Shown here: positions 36,745-48,050 of the stretch, piece after piece
Layout: every line of letters begins with the position of its first letter
Numbering within the stretch: position 1 is the stretch's first letter
Translations under genes and position numbers: made by a program
The notes under the pieces: generated by a model
The model's database searches: none
Told to the model about the DNA's origin: nothing
Seen by the model: the letters and a program-made list of their open reading frames with translations, nothing else
DNA from: Mobula hypostoma
Taxonomy: Eukaryota
Length of the DNA stretch: 64,000 nucleotides
Assembly: GCF_963921235.1 (NCBI RefSeq)
Contig: NC_086097.1
Span: 222,334,001-222,398,000, forward strand
Reading direction: 5' to 3'

Positions 36745-37148
36745 TCAGATTCAGAACTGGCTTGCCCATGGAAGACAGAGGATAGTGGTCAAAGGGACTT
36801 ATGCTGAAGGTTTGTGTTAGAGGTGTTCTTCAGAGTTTTGTACTGGGACCTCTGCTATTTCTCATCTCTATAAATGACCTGGATGAAAATGTAGATGGGT
36901 GGTTTAGTAAATTTGTGGATGATACAAAGATTAGTGTAGATGACTGGCAAAGGATATAGTGGAATACAGATCAATTGTAGATATCAGCAGAGAAATGGCA
37001 GCTGGAGTTTAACCCAGTCAAATGTGAAGTGTTGCAATTTGGTACATAGGTCAAATGTAGAGACTGCAAAAATAAGCAGAGGGATCTTGGGTCCAAGTTC
37101 CTGATTCTCTGAAAGTGACTACACAGGTTGATAGGGTGCTTAAGAGGG
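36745..37148 (+). mobile_element. Degraded CR1 RT fragment
   Basis: VLGPLLFLISINDLDENVDGWFSKFVDDTK...WQLEFNPVKCEVL. Confidence 0.7.
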
Positions 37149-37277
37149 CATAAGACCGTAAGATATAGGAGCGGAATTAGGCCATTTGACCCATCGAGTC
37201 TGCTCTGCCATTTCATCATTGCCGTTCCATTTTCCCTCTCAGCCCCAATCTCCTGCCTTCTTCACATATCTTTTCAT

Positions 37278-38565
37278 AGAAACATAGAAAATAGGTGCAG
37301 GAGAAGGCCATTTGGCCCTTCGAGCCTGCACCGCCATTCAGTACGATCACGGCTGATCATCCAACTCAGAACCCTGTACCTGCTTTCTCTCCATACCCCC
37401 TGATCCCTTTAGCCACAAGGGCCATATCTAACTCCCTCTTAAATATAGCCAATGAACTGGCCTCAACTGTTTCCTGTGGCAGAGAATTCCACAGATTCAC
37501 CACTCTCTGTGTGAAGAAGTTTTTCCTCATCTCGGTCCTAAAAGGCTTCCCCTTTATACTCAAACTGTGACCCCTCATTCTGGACTTCCCCAACATCGGG
37601 AACAATCTTCCTGCATCTAGCCTGTCCAATCCCTTTAGGATTTTATACGTTTCAATAAGATCCCCCCCTAATCCTCTAAATTCCGGAGAGTATAAGCCTA
37701 GTTGATCATATGATCATATGAAAGTCCTGCCATCCCAGGAATCAATCTGGTGAACCTTCTTTGTACTCCCTCTATGGCAAGAATGTCTTTCCTCAGATTA
37801 GGGGACCAAAACTGCACACAATACTCCAGGTGTGGTCTCACCAAGGCCTTGTACAACTGCAGTAGTACCTCCCTGCTCCTGTACTCGAATCCTCTTGCTA
37901 TGAATGCCAGCATACCATTCGCCTTTTTCATCGCCTGCTGTACCTGCATGCCCACTTTCAATGACTGGTGTACAATGACACCCAGGTCTCCTTGCACCTC
38001 CCCTTTTCCTAATCAGCCACCATTCAGATAATAATCTGTTTTCCTGTTCTTGCCACCAAAGTGGATAACCTCACATTTATCCACATTAAATTGCATCTGC
38101 CATGAGTTTGCCCACTCACCTAACCTATCCAAGTCACGCTGCATCCTCTTTGCATCCTCCTTACAGCTAACACTGCCGCCCAGCTTCGTGTCATCCGCAA
38201 ACTTGGAGATGCTGCATTTAATTCCCTTGACTAAGTCATTAATATATATTGTAAACAACTGGGGTCCCAGCACTGAGGTACCCCACTAGTCACTGCCTGC
38301 CATTCTGAAAAGGTCCCGTTTATTCCCACTCTTTGCTTCCTGTCTGCCAACCAATTCTCTATCCACATCAATACCATACCCCCAATACCGTGTGCTTTAA
38401 GTTTGCACACTAATCTCCTGTGTGGGACCTTGTCAAAAGACTTTTGAAAATCCAAATATACCACATCCACTGGTTCTCCCCTATCCACTCTACTAGTTAC
38501 ATCCTCAAAAAATTCTATGAGATTTGTCAGACATGATTTTCCTTTCACAAATCCATGCTGACAAA
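37278..38565 (-). mobile_element. Young CR1 3' fragment, same subfamily as 31368-33852
   Basis: Translations are nearly identical to the 839-aa ORF, with small deletions. TTCAT repeat at 37273-37277 and 38566-38570. Confidence 0.92.
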
Positions 38566-40114
38566 TTCATGCTTTGACTAATTGAGAATCTGTGAACCTC
38601 TGCCTTAAATATACCCAATAACTTGGTCTCCTCAGCACCTGTGGCAAAGAATTCCACAGATTCACCACTCTCTGGCTAAAGAAATTTCTCCTCAGTTCCA
38701 TTCTAAAAGGGTGCCCCTCTATTTTGAGGCTGTGTCCTTTGGTCTTAGACTCTCCCACCATAGGAAACATTCTCTCTACATCAACTCTGTTGAGTTTTTT
38801 CAACATTCGTTATGTTTCAATTAGGTCATCCCCTCATTCTTCTAAATTCCGGTGAGTAGAGGCCCAGAGCCATCAAACACTCTTCCTATGACAAGCCTTT
38901 CAATCGCAGAATTACTTTTGTGAACCTCTTTTGAATCCTCTCCAATGTCAGCACATCCTTTTATAGATCCTTTCATAGGACCTAAACTGCTCACTCTACA
39001 CCAAGTAAGGCCTCACCAGTGCCTTAACATTATAAAGCCTCAGCATTATATCCTTGCTTTCATGGTATATTCTAGTCCTCTCGAAATGAATACTAACATT
39101 GCTTTTGCCTTTCTCACCTCTGACTCAACCTGCAATTTGACCTTTAGGGAAGATTTAGGCACAATTTTAACCTTTAGGCACAAGGACTCCCAAGACCCTT
39201 TGCAACTCAGATTTTTGAATTTTCACTCCATTTAGAAAGTAGTCGACCCTTTCATTTCTTCTACCAAAATGCATGACCATACACTTCCCGACACTGTATT
39301 CCATCTGCCACTTCTTTGCCATTCTCCTAATCTAAGTCCTTCTGTAGTCTCTCTACTTCCTCAAAACTATCTGCCCCTCCACCTATCTTCGTATCATTCT
39401 CAAACTTAGCCACAAAGCCATCAATTCTGTCATCCCAAGTTATTGACATATAACTTTAAAAAAGCAGTCCCAACACAGACTCCTATGGAGCACCACTTGT
39501 CACTGGCAGCCTATCAGAAAAGGCTTACTTTATTCCCATTCTTTGCCTCCTGCCTATCACCCATTGCTTTATCCATGTTAGTATTTTTCTTGTAGTACTT
39601 GTTAAGCAGCTTCATGCATGGCTTCTTGTCAAATGGTTTCTGAAAATCCAAGTACACAACATCTACCGATTCTCCTTTGTCTGTCCTGTTTGTTATTTCT
39701 TCAAAGGATTCCAACAGATTTGTCAAGCAAGATTTTCCATTAAGGAAACCAGACTGACTACGACCTATTTTATCATGTGCCTCCAAGTACTCCAAAACCA
39801 CATCCTTAACAATCCACCACCTTCCCAACCACTGACGTCAGACTAAACTGGCCTTTAATTCCCTTCTTTCCCTTCTTGAAGAGTGGAGTGACATTTTCAA
39901 TTTTTCATTCCTCTGTAACCATGCCAAAATCAATTGGTTCTTGAAAGATCACTACACAATCTCTTCAGCCACCTCTTTCAGAACCCTGGGGTGTACACCA
40001 TCTAGTCCAGGTGACTTGTCTATCCTCAGAGTTCTCCATTTCCCAAGAACGTTCTCTCTAGTAATGACAACATCACACACTTCTTCCCCCGACACACTCG
40101 AACTTCCAGCATAC

Positions 40115-40995
40115 TGTTACGTAACTGGCAACAATGAATATCAATCGAGACAGGTTATATAAAAACAACCAAACATTTATTAAACACGGATAAACGATAA
40201 GGAAAAAACAAACGAAAATCTTAACCGGAAGTTAACCGTTATGCAGCCATTCAACAAATCGTCACTCGGCCCTGGTTCTTAAAGCGTTAAATGTGAAAAC
40301 AGTTCTTAAAGCGATAAAGTCAGATATAGTTCTTAAAATGGTTACTTCGAAAGTCCAACAGATTTCTATGTTCAATTGGGAGAGACTTCTCTGGAGAAGG
40401 ATTTCTTCACAGACGCGACTTTCCTGCTGGTTCTGTCCACAGAATCCACATGGAGGTAAATAAACAGTTTAAAACAACTGACCTTAAATTCTTTTAGAGA
40501 GCAAACCTTGCATGAACTCTTTGCTGTTTTGGCAAGAGTTATCTCGAAGCAGGTCACTACTCCTTCAACAAAGACTCAATAAGGTTGATCCTTCGTTAAA
40601 CTGCCGAAGGATGCCGACTCCTCTCGATCCTTTGGTCCTGTACTTCGATAAAGTCTTCACTCTCCCTTCTACTGCTGGAATAGGGTAAATCAGCACATCT
40701 AGCCAAAGATTTCCAGTCCAATAATATTGTATCTTGCAACAGAATGCAACACCTCGTTTTAAAAATGAAACTGCGTCACAAAAACAAACACGCAACAGAA
40801 ACGGAGACACAGCACGTTCTACCTGGAAATCTACAAACTAAAAACTAACTGCGTCATCTGGGGTCTACCCTTACATACCCATGGTGCACATGTCATCACG
40901 TGACCTCACATCGGCAGGAAAATCACATCAGGTGACCTCCAAAAGACCATTACATCATTCTCAAAAAAAAACAGATCTCCTTGAGGCATGTAACA
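40115..40995 (-). mobile_element. Solo LTR (881 bp), Gypsy-like
   Basis: TGTTAC...GTAACA inverted termini and a 4-bp TSD ATAC (40111-40114, 40996-40999). Minus-strand AATAAA near 40176-40181. The host CR1 rejoins across it. Confidence 0.88.
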
Positions 40996-41578
40996 ATACT
41001 ACTAGTGTCTTCTGAAGACTGATGCAAAATGCTTTTTCAATATGACGCGCCATTTCTTTGTCCCCCATGAATACCCCTCCAGCAGCAATTTTCAGTCATC
41101 CAATGTCTACCCTCACCTCTCTTTTACATTTTATGTATCTGAAGAAACTTATGGTATCCTTTTTAATATTATTGGCTAACTTATCTTAGTATTCCATCTT
41201 TTCCTTCTTTATGACTTTTTAGTTGCCTTATGTTGGTTTTTAAAAGCTTCTCAATCCTCTAACTTACCACTAATATTTGCTGTATTATATCCCCTCTCTT
41301 TGGCTTTTGTGTTGGCTTTGACATCTCTCGTCAGCTACAGTTATGTCATTCAGCCTTTAGAATACTTCTTTCTTTTGGGATGTATATATCCGGTGTCTTT
41401 CAAATTGCTTCCAGAAATTCCAGCAATTACTGCTCTGCCAGCATCTCTGCCAGTGTTCTTTTCCAATCAATTTTGGCCAGCTCCTCTCTCATGGCTCTGT
41501 AATTCTCTTTACTCCACTGTAATACAGATACATCTGACTTTGGCTTCTCCTTCTCAAATTGCAGGGTGAATGATATCA

Positions 41579-42264
41579 ATAGACAATAGGTGCAGGAGTA
41601 GGCCATTCAGCCCTTCTAGAAAGCACCACCATTCACCGTGATCATGGCTGATCATCCACAATCAGTACCCTTTTCCTGCCTTCTCCCCATATCCCTTCAT
41701 TCCACTATCTTTAAGAGCTCTATCTAACTCTTTTTTGAAAGAATCCAGAGAATTGGCCTCCACTGCCTTCTGAGGCAGAGCATTCCACAGAACCACAACC
41801 CTCTCTGTGAAAAAGTTTTTCCTCAACTCCGTTCTAAATTGTCTACCCCTTATTCTCAAACTGTGGCCTCTGGTTCTGGACTCCCCCAACATCAGGAACA
41901 TGTTTCCTGCCTCTAGCGTGTCCAATCCCTTAATAATCTTATATGTTTCAATAAGATCCCCTCTCAGCCTTCTAAATTCCAGTGTATACATCCCCAGTCA
42001 CTCCAATCTTTCAACATTTGACGGTCCCGCCATCCCGGGAATTAACCTCGTGAACCTAGTTTGCACTCCCTCAATAGCTAGAATGTCCTTCCTCAAATTT
42101 GGAGACCAAAACTGTACACAATATTCCAGGTGTGGTCTCACCAGGGCCCTGTACAACTGCAGAAGGACCTCTTTGCTCCTATACTCAATTCCCCTTGTTA
42201 TGAAGGCCAGCATGCCATTAGCTTTCTTCACTGCCTGCTGTACCTGCATGCTTATATACATATA
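41579..42264 (-). mobile_element. CR1 3' fragment nested in older CR1
   Basis: MQVQQAVKKANGMLAFITRGIEYRSKEV...WNALPQKAVEA. (CTATTGT)-type tail. ATATCA repeat at 41573-41578 and 42265-42270. Confidence 0.88.
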
Positions 42265-42869
42265 ATATCATATTATGATCACTTGTCCCTAAGACTTCCT
42301 TTACCTAAACTGTGTAATCAATTCCAGTTCATTGCACAGCACCCAATCCAGGATAACTGATTCCCTAGTGGGCTCAATAAGCTGCTCTAAAAAGTTATCT
42401 CTAGGACATTCTGCAAATTCCCCCTCTTCGGATCCAGCACCAACCTGATTTTTCAAATGTACCTACATATTGAAATCCCCCATGACTATCGTAACATTGC
42501 CCTTTTGGCATGCATTTTCTATCTCCCATTGTACTTTGTACACCAGATCTTTACTACTATTCAGAGGTCTGTAGGTAACTCCAATCAGGATCATTTTACC
42601 CATGCAGTTCCTTAGCTCTATCCACAACGAATCAACACTTTCCAATCCAGTGTCACCTCTTTCATTTTGAAATCAAGATCATTTTGAAATCCAAATGATT
42701 TGATTTCATTTTTTACCAACAGAGCCATGCCACACCCTCTGCCCACCTGCTTGTCCTTTTGATACAATGTGCATCCTTAGACGTTAAGCTCCCCACTATA
42801 ATCATCTTTCAGCCACAATTCAGTGATGCTCCCAGTGCCATGCATGCCAATCTGTAACTGTGCTACTAT

Positions 42870-44265
42870 GTGAGCCAGTGAGTCTGACATCAATAGTGGG
42901 AAAGTTACTGGAAGTTATTCTCAGGGACTGTATATATAAGCATTTGGATAGACAGGGACTGATTAGGGATAGTCAGCATGGCTTTGTGCATAGTAAGTTG
43001 TGTCTAAACAATCTTATTGGAGTTTTTTGAGGAAATTACCAGGAAAGTTGACTTTAGAAAGGCCTTTGACAAGATCCCACATGGGAAGTTGGTCTAGAAG
43101 GTTCATTTGCATGGCATTCAAAATGAGGTAGTAAATTGGATTAGACATTGACTTTGTGGAAGAAGCATGAGTATGATTGTAGATCGTTGCCTGTCTGACT
43201 GGAGGCCTGTGACTAGTGGCGTACCGCAAGGATCAGTGCTGGGTTTGTTGATGTTTATCATCTGTATCAATAAACTGGATGATAATGTTATTAAATGGAT
43301 CAGCAAGTTTATAGATGACACCAAGATCGGTGTAGCGGACAGTAAAGAAGACTGTCAATACAGGATATGGACCAACTGGAAAATTAGGCTGAAAATTGGG
43401 AGAAGAATTTAAAGTATGTAGCATTACACTTTGGCTGGACCAACCAGGATGGGTCTTATACAGTGAGCAGAAGGGCACTGGGGTGTGCAGGGATCTGGGA
43501 ATACATGCCCAAAATTCATTGAAAGTGGTGTCACAGATCAGATCATAAGCAAACCTTTTGGCACATTGGCCTTCATAAATCAATGTATTGAGTTTAGGAG
43601 TTGAGATGTTATGTTGAAATTGTTTAAGACGCTGATGAGGCCTAATTTGGAGTATTGTGTTCAGTTTTGGTCATTATTCCCTAGAATGTAGAAGATTGTG
43701 GGGAGATTTGACAGTGGTATACAAAATTATGCAGGGATAGATAAGGTAAATACAAGTAGGCTTTATCTACTGAGATTAGGCTTGGAACTAGACCTAGAGC
43801 TCATGGGTTAAGGGTGAAAGGTGAAATGTTTAAAGGAAACTTGAGGGGGGACTTCACTGAGAAGGTGGTGAGAGTGTGGAACGAGCTGCCAGTACAAGTG
43901 GTGGATGCAGGGTCGATTTCAAAATTTAAGAGAAATTTTGATAGGTGGATGGGAGGGATATGGGAGGAATATGAAGGGCTATGGACCATGCAGTTCGATG
44001 GGTCCAGGCAGATCAATGTTTTGGCACAGACTAGATGGGCTGTAATGTTCCATGTCTCTAAGGCTTTTAGATAAGCATATGAATGTGAGGGAAATGGAAG
44101 GATATAGACATTGTGAAGGTATAAGGGATTAGTTTAGTTGGCCATTTGATCATTAATTTTCTCATGTTTATGATTACTAATTTATTTGGATTGGTACAGC
44201 TTTGTGGGCCGAAGCTCCTGTTCCTGTGCTATGCTGTTCTATATATATGTCTATGTCTCTGTCTA
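42870..44265 (+). mobile_element. Degraded CR1 RT/3' fragment with internal deletion, followed by a second CR1 tail
   Basis: PVSLTSIVGKLLE, WRPVTSGVPQGSVLG, SKFIDDTK, LEYCVQFWS, VWNELP. Confidence 0.8.
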
Positions 44266-44582
44266 TTGATGATTTCTGTAAAAGTAACAAACTGTGTTCT
44301 TGTTATAAGGGGGCGTGGGACCCAAATACAAGACACAGAAACTGAAGTACTGGGAATAGGACAAGGTTTATCAAGAAAGCAAGGGGAGTCAGGAAGAAAC
44401 GATGCTGGATATGGACACAGGCCCTGGATGAGACAAGGACACCAGGCTAGGACTAAGACTAGAAAAGCAGAATTAGGACAAGGAACTTGGAACGAGGAGC
44501 CTGGGCTAGAACTCCGAGCCAGAGACTGGGCTTGACTCAGGCTCCGGACCCCGGATCTAGGCAAGGACAAGACATGGCTACG

Positions 44583-44893
44583 GGACTGGACGTGGCTAGG
44601 CTACAGGACTGGATGTGGCTAGATTACAGGACTGGACATCGTTAGACAACAGGACTGGATGTGGCTAGGCTATGGGACTGGATATGGAACTGCTGCACAG
44701 GACAAGGCACATGGATAGGACGAGAACACAAAACCTTGACTTGGACAGGACGAGGTTCTTGGACTAGGCTTAGGCAAGACGAGGTACTTGGATGTGGCTT
44801 GGACCAGATGAGGTTCTTGGACGTGGCTTGGACCAGACGAGGTTCTTGGACGTGGCTTGGACCAGACGAGGTTCTTGGACGTGGCTTGGACCA
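44583..44893. repeat. Two adjacent minisatellites: ~4.5 x 23 bp and 5 x 29 bp
   Basis: GGACTGGAYGTGGCTAGRYTACA units at 44583-44687 and GACGAGGTTCTTGGACGTGGCTTGGACCA units at 44749-44893. Confidence 0.9.
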
Positions 44894-45380
44894 GACGAGG
44901 GAACTCCTGGACAGGACGAGGGAACTCCAGCACCGGGCTGGACGAGGTACTCCTGGGCCGGGCGAGGAAACTCCAGCGCAGGACGTAGCTCTTGAACTAG
45001 ATTTGGCTCGGCTCTTGGACTTGGCTGGGTTAGGCTCTAGGGTACAGAGCCGGGACTCCTACTTGGGCTCGGAGCCACTGGGACCCTTCTAGGACGCAGG
45101 ACCGGGATGCTTTCCAGGACTCAAGGCTGGGACCCTTTCTTGAACACAGGGGCCGGGATGCTTTCCAGGATGCAGGGCTGGGATGACTGCCAAGGATATT
45201 TGCCAAGGTAACTGCCCAGATAACTGCCGAGGATACATGACAAGGATTCTGACGAAGTGGCAGACAGAGATTGCAGGCGAGGTAACTGTTGGGAATTCGG
45301 AAGGGAGGGGGAGGGAACAGTCCAGCTGGGAATTCTTGGTTTGAGAGGTATTTTTGTGCCAGCTCAAAATGAGAATAAGG

Positions 45381-45615
45381 CAGTGGTCCCCAACTACTGA
45401 GCCACAGACTGGTACCGGGCTGCAAGCATGTACTACTGGGCCACACAGAAATGATATGATTTGGTGATATGAAACGATATGAGTCAGCTGCACCTTTCCT
45501 CTTTCCCTGTCACGCACTGTTGAACTTGAACACACCCCCCCCCCGCCATCGGCTGGTCTGCAAGAATATCGAATATTAAACCAGTCCGCGGTGTGCAAAA
45601 GGTTGGGGACCCCTG
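45381..45615. mobile_element. hAT (Charlie/MER1-like) MITE, 235 bp
   Basis: TIRs CAGTGGTCCCCAAC / GTTGGGGACCCCTG. 8-bp flanks GAATAAGG / AATTAAGG with a central TA, as expected for hAT TSDs. Confidence 0.8.
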
Positions 45616-45739
45616 AATTAAGGCACCCAATGGAACAAGGGAAAACAGGAAAACCCAGAGTAAGGAATCGACGGACTGGACCATGACAATTCTGGATACT
45701 TCTAATTACGCAAAAATATTGCTATTTCTCAAATTTGCA

Positions 45740-46060
45740 AGGAATTATACAACACAGAAAGAGGATCTATGAGACAATCATGAAGCACCAAATTACACTA
45801 AAACCTACTAATAATACCATTTTTACTCTCCACACTTTCTCATCAATTCCCCTGAGATTCTACCAGTCATCTAAATAACAGAGGCAAAATACCGTGGTCA
45901 GTTAAATACAAACTGTCACCTCTTTGGAATGTGTAAGGCAAAGAGAGCATCTGGTCACAGGAAGAATGTACAAACCCACATATACCACACCAGAGGTTAG
46001 GAGTGAACCAGGATCACTGGAGCTGTGAGATAGTAGCTCTACCAGCTGTGTCACTGTGCC
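45740..46060 (-). mobile_element. Degraded V-SINE
   Basis: The antisense strand has a tRNA-like head (GGGCACAGTGACACAGCTGGTAGAGC...GGTTCACTCCT) and a degenerate V-domain (TTTGTACATTCTTCCTGTGACC...ACACATTCCAAAGA). Confidence 0.6.
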
Positions 46061-46394
46061 CAATATCCAGTTATTTCAAAGATGAATTTATTTTAATTTT
46101 ATAATGATGGAAACAACAGTAGAGCAAAAATTAGCTCTAACTTACATTTCTTTTTAACTGCAAAACTAAGTTCATGAATTCTGATACTACTAACAGTAGA
46201 AAGAGTAAATGTTAATAAAAATATCAAGCTTAGCTTGTAAATTATAGATAGAAAGATACCAGGGGAGCATCGATTTCCAGTTTTGTAGGCTTAGAATAAG
46301 TAACATTGCCATCTTCACTTCAGAGAGACATAAGAGACTACAGGTCACGATGTAGGAATTTGACGCAAAATATCAACAAGTTCTTCCCCCCACT

Positions 46395-46772
46395 GTTGAG
46401 GCTCTTCACTGGTCAGGGTCAACCATGGGTGTTTGCATCCTAACTGTCCACATGCCATCAGTCAATATACAAGCCAATATACAAGCCAGAGCAGTACGAT
46501 ATGGAGAGCAAGCGGTTGCCCTTGCAGCAGGCTCCCCCTCGCTGCTCAGCTGATGAATCCAAAAGAACAGTAGAGACTGATACAGTTTGGCATCAGTGGC
46601 ATTGCAGGAGTTGCCAGTCAATGTTGAAATCAAAGTAGTATTTTTCCCTCAGGGCTTACTCATGAAGCCTTCCCCATGAGTGGGAATAGCCGCAAGGCAG
46701 TGGAAGTTAGAGATCAGAGTTTTCCTTCTTCTAGATGAGCTGCCAATCATGGCTGATGAGCTCCATCTGCCC
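46395..46772 (-). mobile_element. Non-coding repeat resembling the 5' region of RTE-clade retrotransposons
   Basis: The minus strand has CTAGAAGAAGGAAAACTCTGATCTC and TGGCAACTCCTGC...GCCAAACTGTATC, which I recall from RTE-associated elements. No ORF. Confidence 0.45.
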
Positions 46773-47807
46773 AGTTTTCTCCCACAGATAATACTGTTTA
46801 TGTGGCTGATCCATGTGTGCTTCTGGTCAGTGGTGCTTTCCAAGATATTGATGATATTGGCGATGCAGCAGTGTCACTGCTGCTTAATGAATATTTAAAC
46901 TCCTAATGGGGATAGTCATTACTTTTTCTTTTGACTTCTGAAAATCATTTCATGCTGTGTGCAGTTTGACTCCAGCCAGTGGTGAATTTTCCATCTGAAT
47001 GCAATTGACTTTAGTTTTTATCAATTTGTCTGGATGACACATTTAGTCAAGTTTTGCCTTGATGTCAAGGGCAATTGCTCATACCATCCATCTAGAATGA
47101 TCTCTTTCGGGCGTAGATTTGGGAATCATACAAGATGAAATCAGGCCATTTGGGCCAACTCCTCCACACTGGCCAGTGGTCATCCATATTAACCCCATCA
47201 CCCAGTATTTCTTCTACAGCCCTAAATGCTTAAGCAATTCAACTGTTCATGTGGTCACTTTTTAATGACTCACAGCAGCCCATTTTCAATGACTCTCTCA
47301 GATGTTTGGACTAAGGCTGTATGAGGTGAGAGCTGAATGACCCTGGTGAAACACAAGCCAAACATCTACAGGTGCCATTTGAATGCTATGTCAATGGCAC
47401 CTTCCATTACATTACTGTTAATTGGCAGTAGGTTAATAGGTTGATAGTTGCCTGGGTTGGTTATATCCTGCTTTTTTAGGATAGGACATTTGAGGACTTT
47501 TTTTTATTGCTGTGTATCAATGTTGCAATTATTCTACAACAGTCTGGCTAAATGTGCTACTAGTTCTGTCGTGTTAATTCTTGAACCCCATGGCTGGAAT
47601 ATTGTCTAGTCTCATAGCTTTTGCGTAATCCATAGCTTCTCAGCTCTTTCTTGATTTCATGTAGATTGAAGCACATTAGCTGGGGATAGTTTTTTGGACC
47701 ACAGGAGGAGCTCAATATGGATTCAGTGTTTCTTACTGAAAGCTGTTTTACTCTTGTCTTTGTCATAAGTTTTACTATTAATGAAGAATAGGCTCATAGG
47801 TTTTGCA

Positions 47808-48050
47808 TTTATTCATTCATGGGATGTAAATCTTGCTGGTAATGCTGGCACTTTATTGTCTATTCCTGAACCAAGGAAGTAGAAGTGGACAGTAAGTTTC
47901 CTTCTCTAAAGAATAGTAGTAAACCAGTAAGATTTTAATATAATACAGTAGTTTCATGGTTACTGTAATATAATTAGATGAATTTGAATTCCCCATTTGC
48001 TGTGGGGAGATTTGAACGTATGCTTATTTGCACCATTCCTCTACATCAGC
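47808..48050 (-). mobile_element. Old SINE remnant (possibly DeuSINE-type)
   Basis: The minus strand has GTTCAAATCTCCCCACAGCAAATGGGGAATTCAAATTCA, then CTGGTTTACTACTATTCTTTAGAGAAGGAAACTT and a LINE-like ...CATCCCATGAATGAATAAA tail. Confidence 0.4.

Larger units (their letters stand above)
37149..42868 (-). mobile_element. Older near-full-ORF2 CR1 LINE carrying three nested insertions
   Basis: Tail at 37149, RT pieces (38567-38806, 39514-39828), EN pieces (SLWIELRNC...GVTYRP...MGDFN, 42463-42645). Sequence is collinear once 37278-38565, 40115-40995 and 41579-42264 are removed. Confidence 0.85.
44301..45688 (-). mobile_element. Solo LTR-like element with internal minisatellites and a nested hAT MITE
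   Basis: TGTTAT...ATGACA termini (TG..CA). 5-bp flanking repeat GTTCT (44296-44300) / ATTCT (45689-45693). Strand is tentative. Confidence 0.72.

Noticed and set aside
44749..44893. 29-bp direct repeats that superficially resemble a CRISPR array
   Set aside because: The units are head-to-tail with no unique spacers, there are no cas genes, and the context is a eukaryotic LTR-like element. This is a minisatellite.
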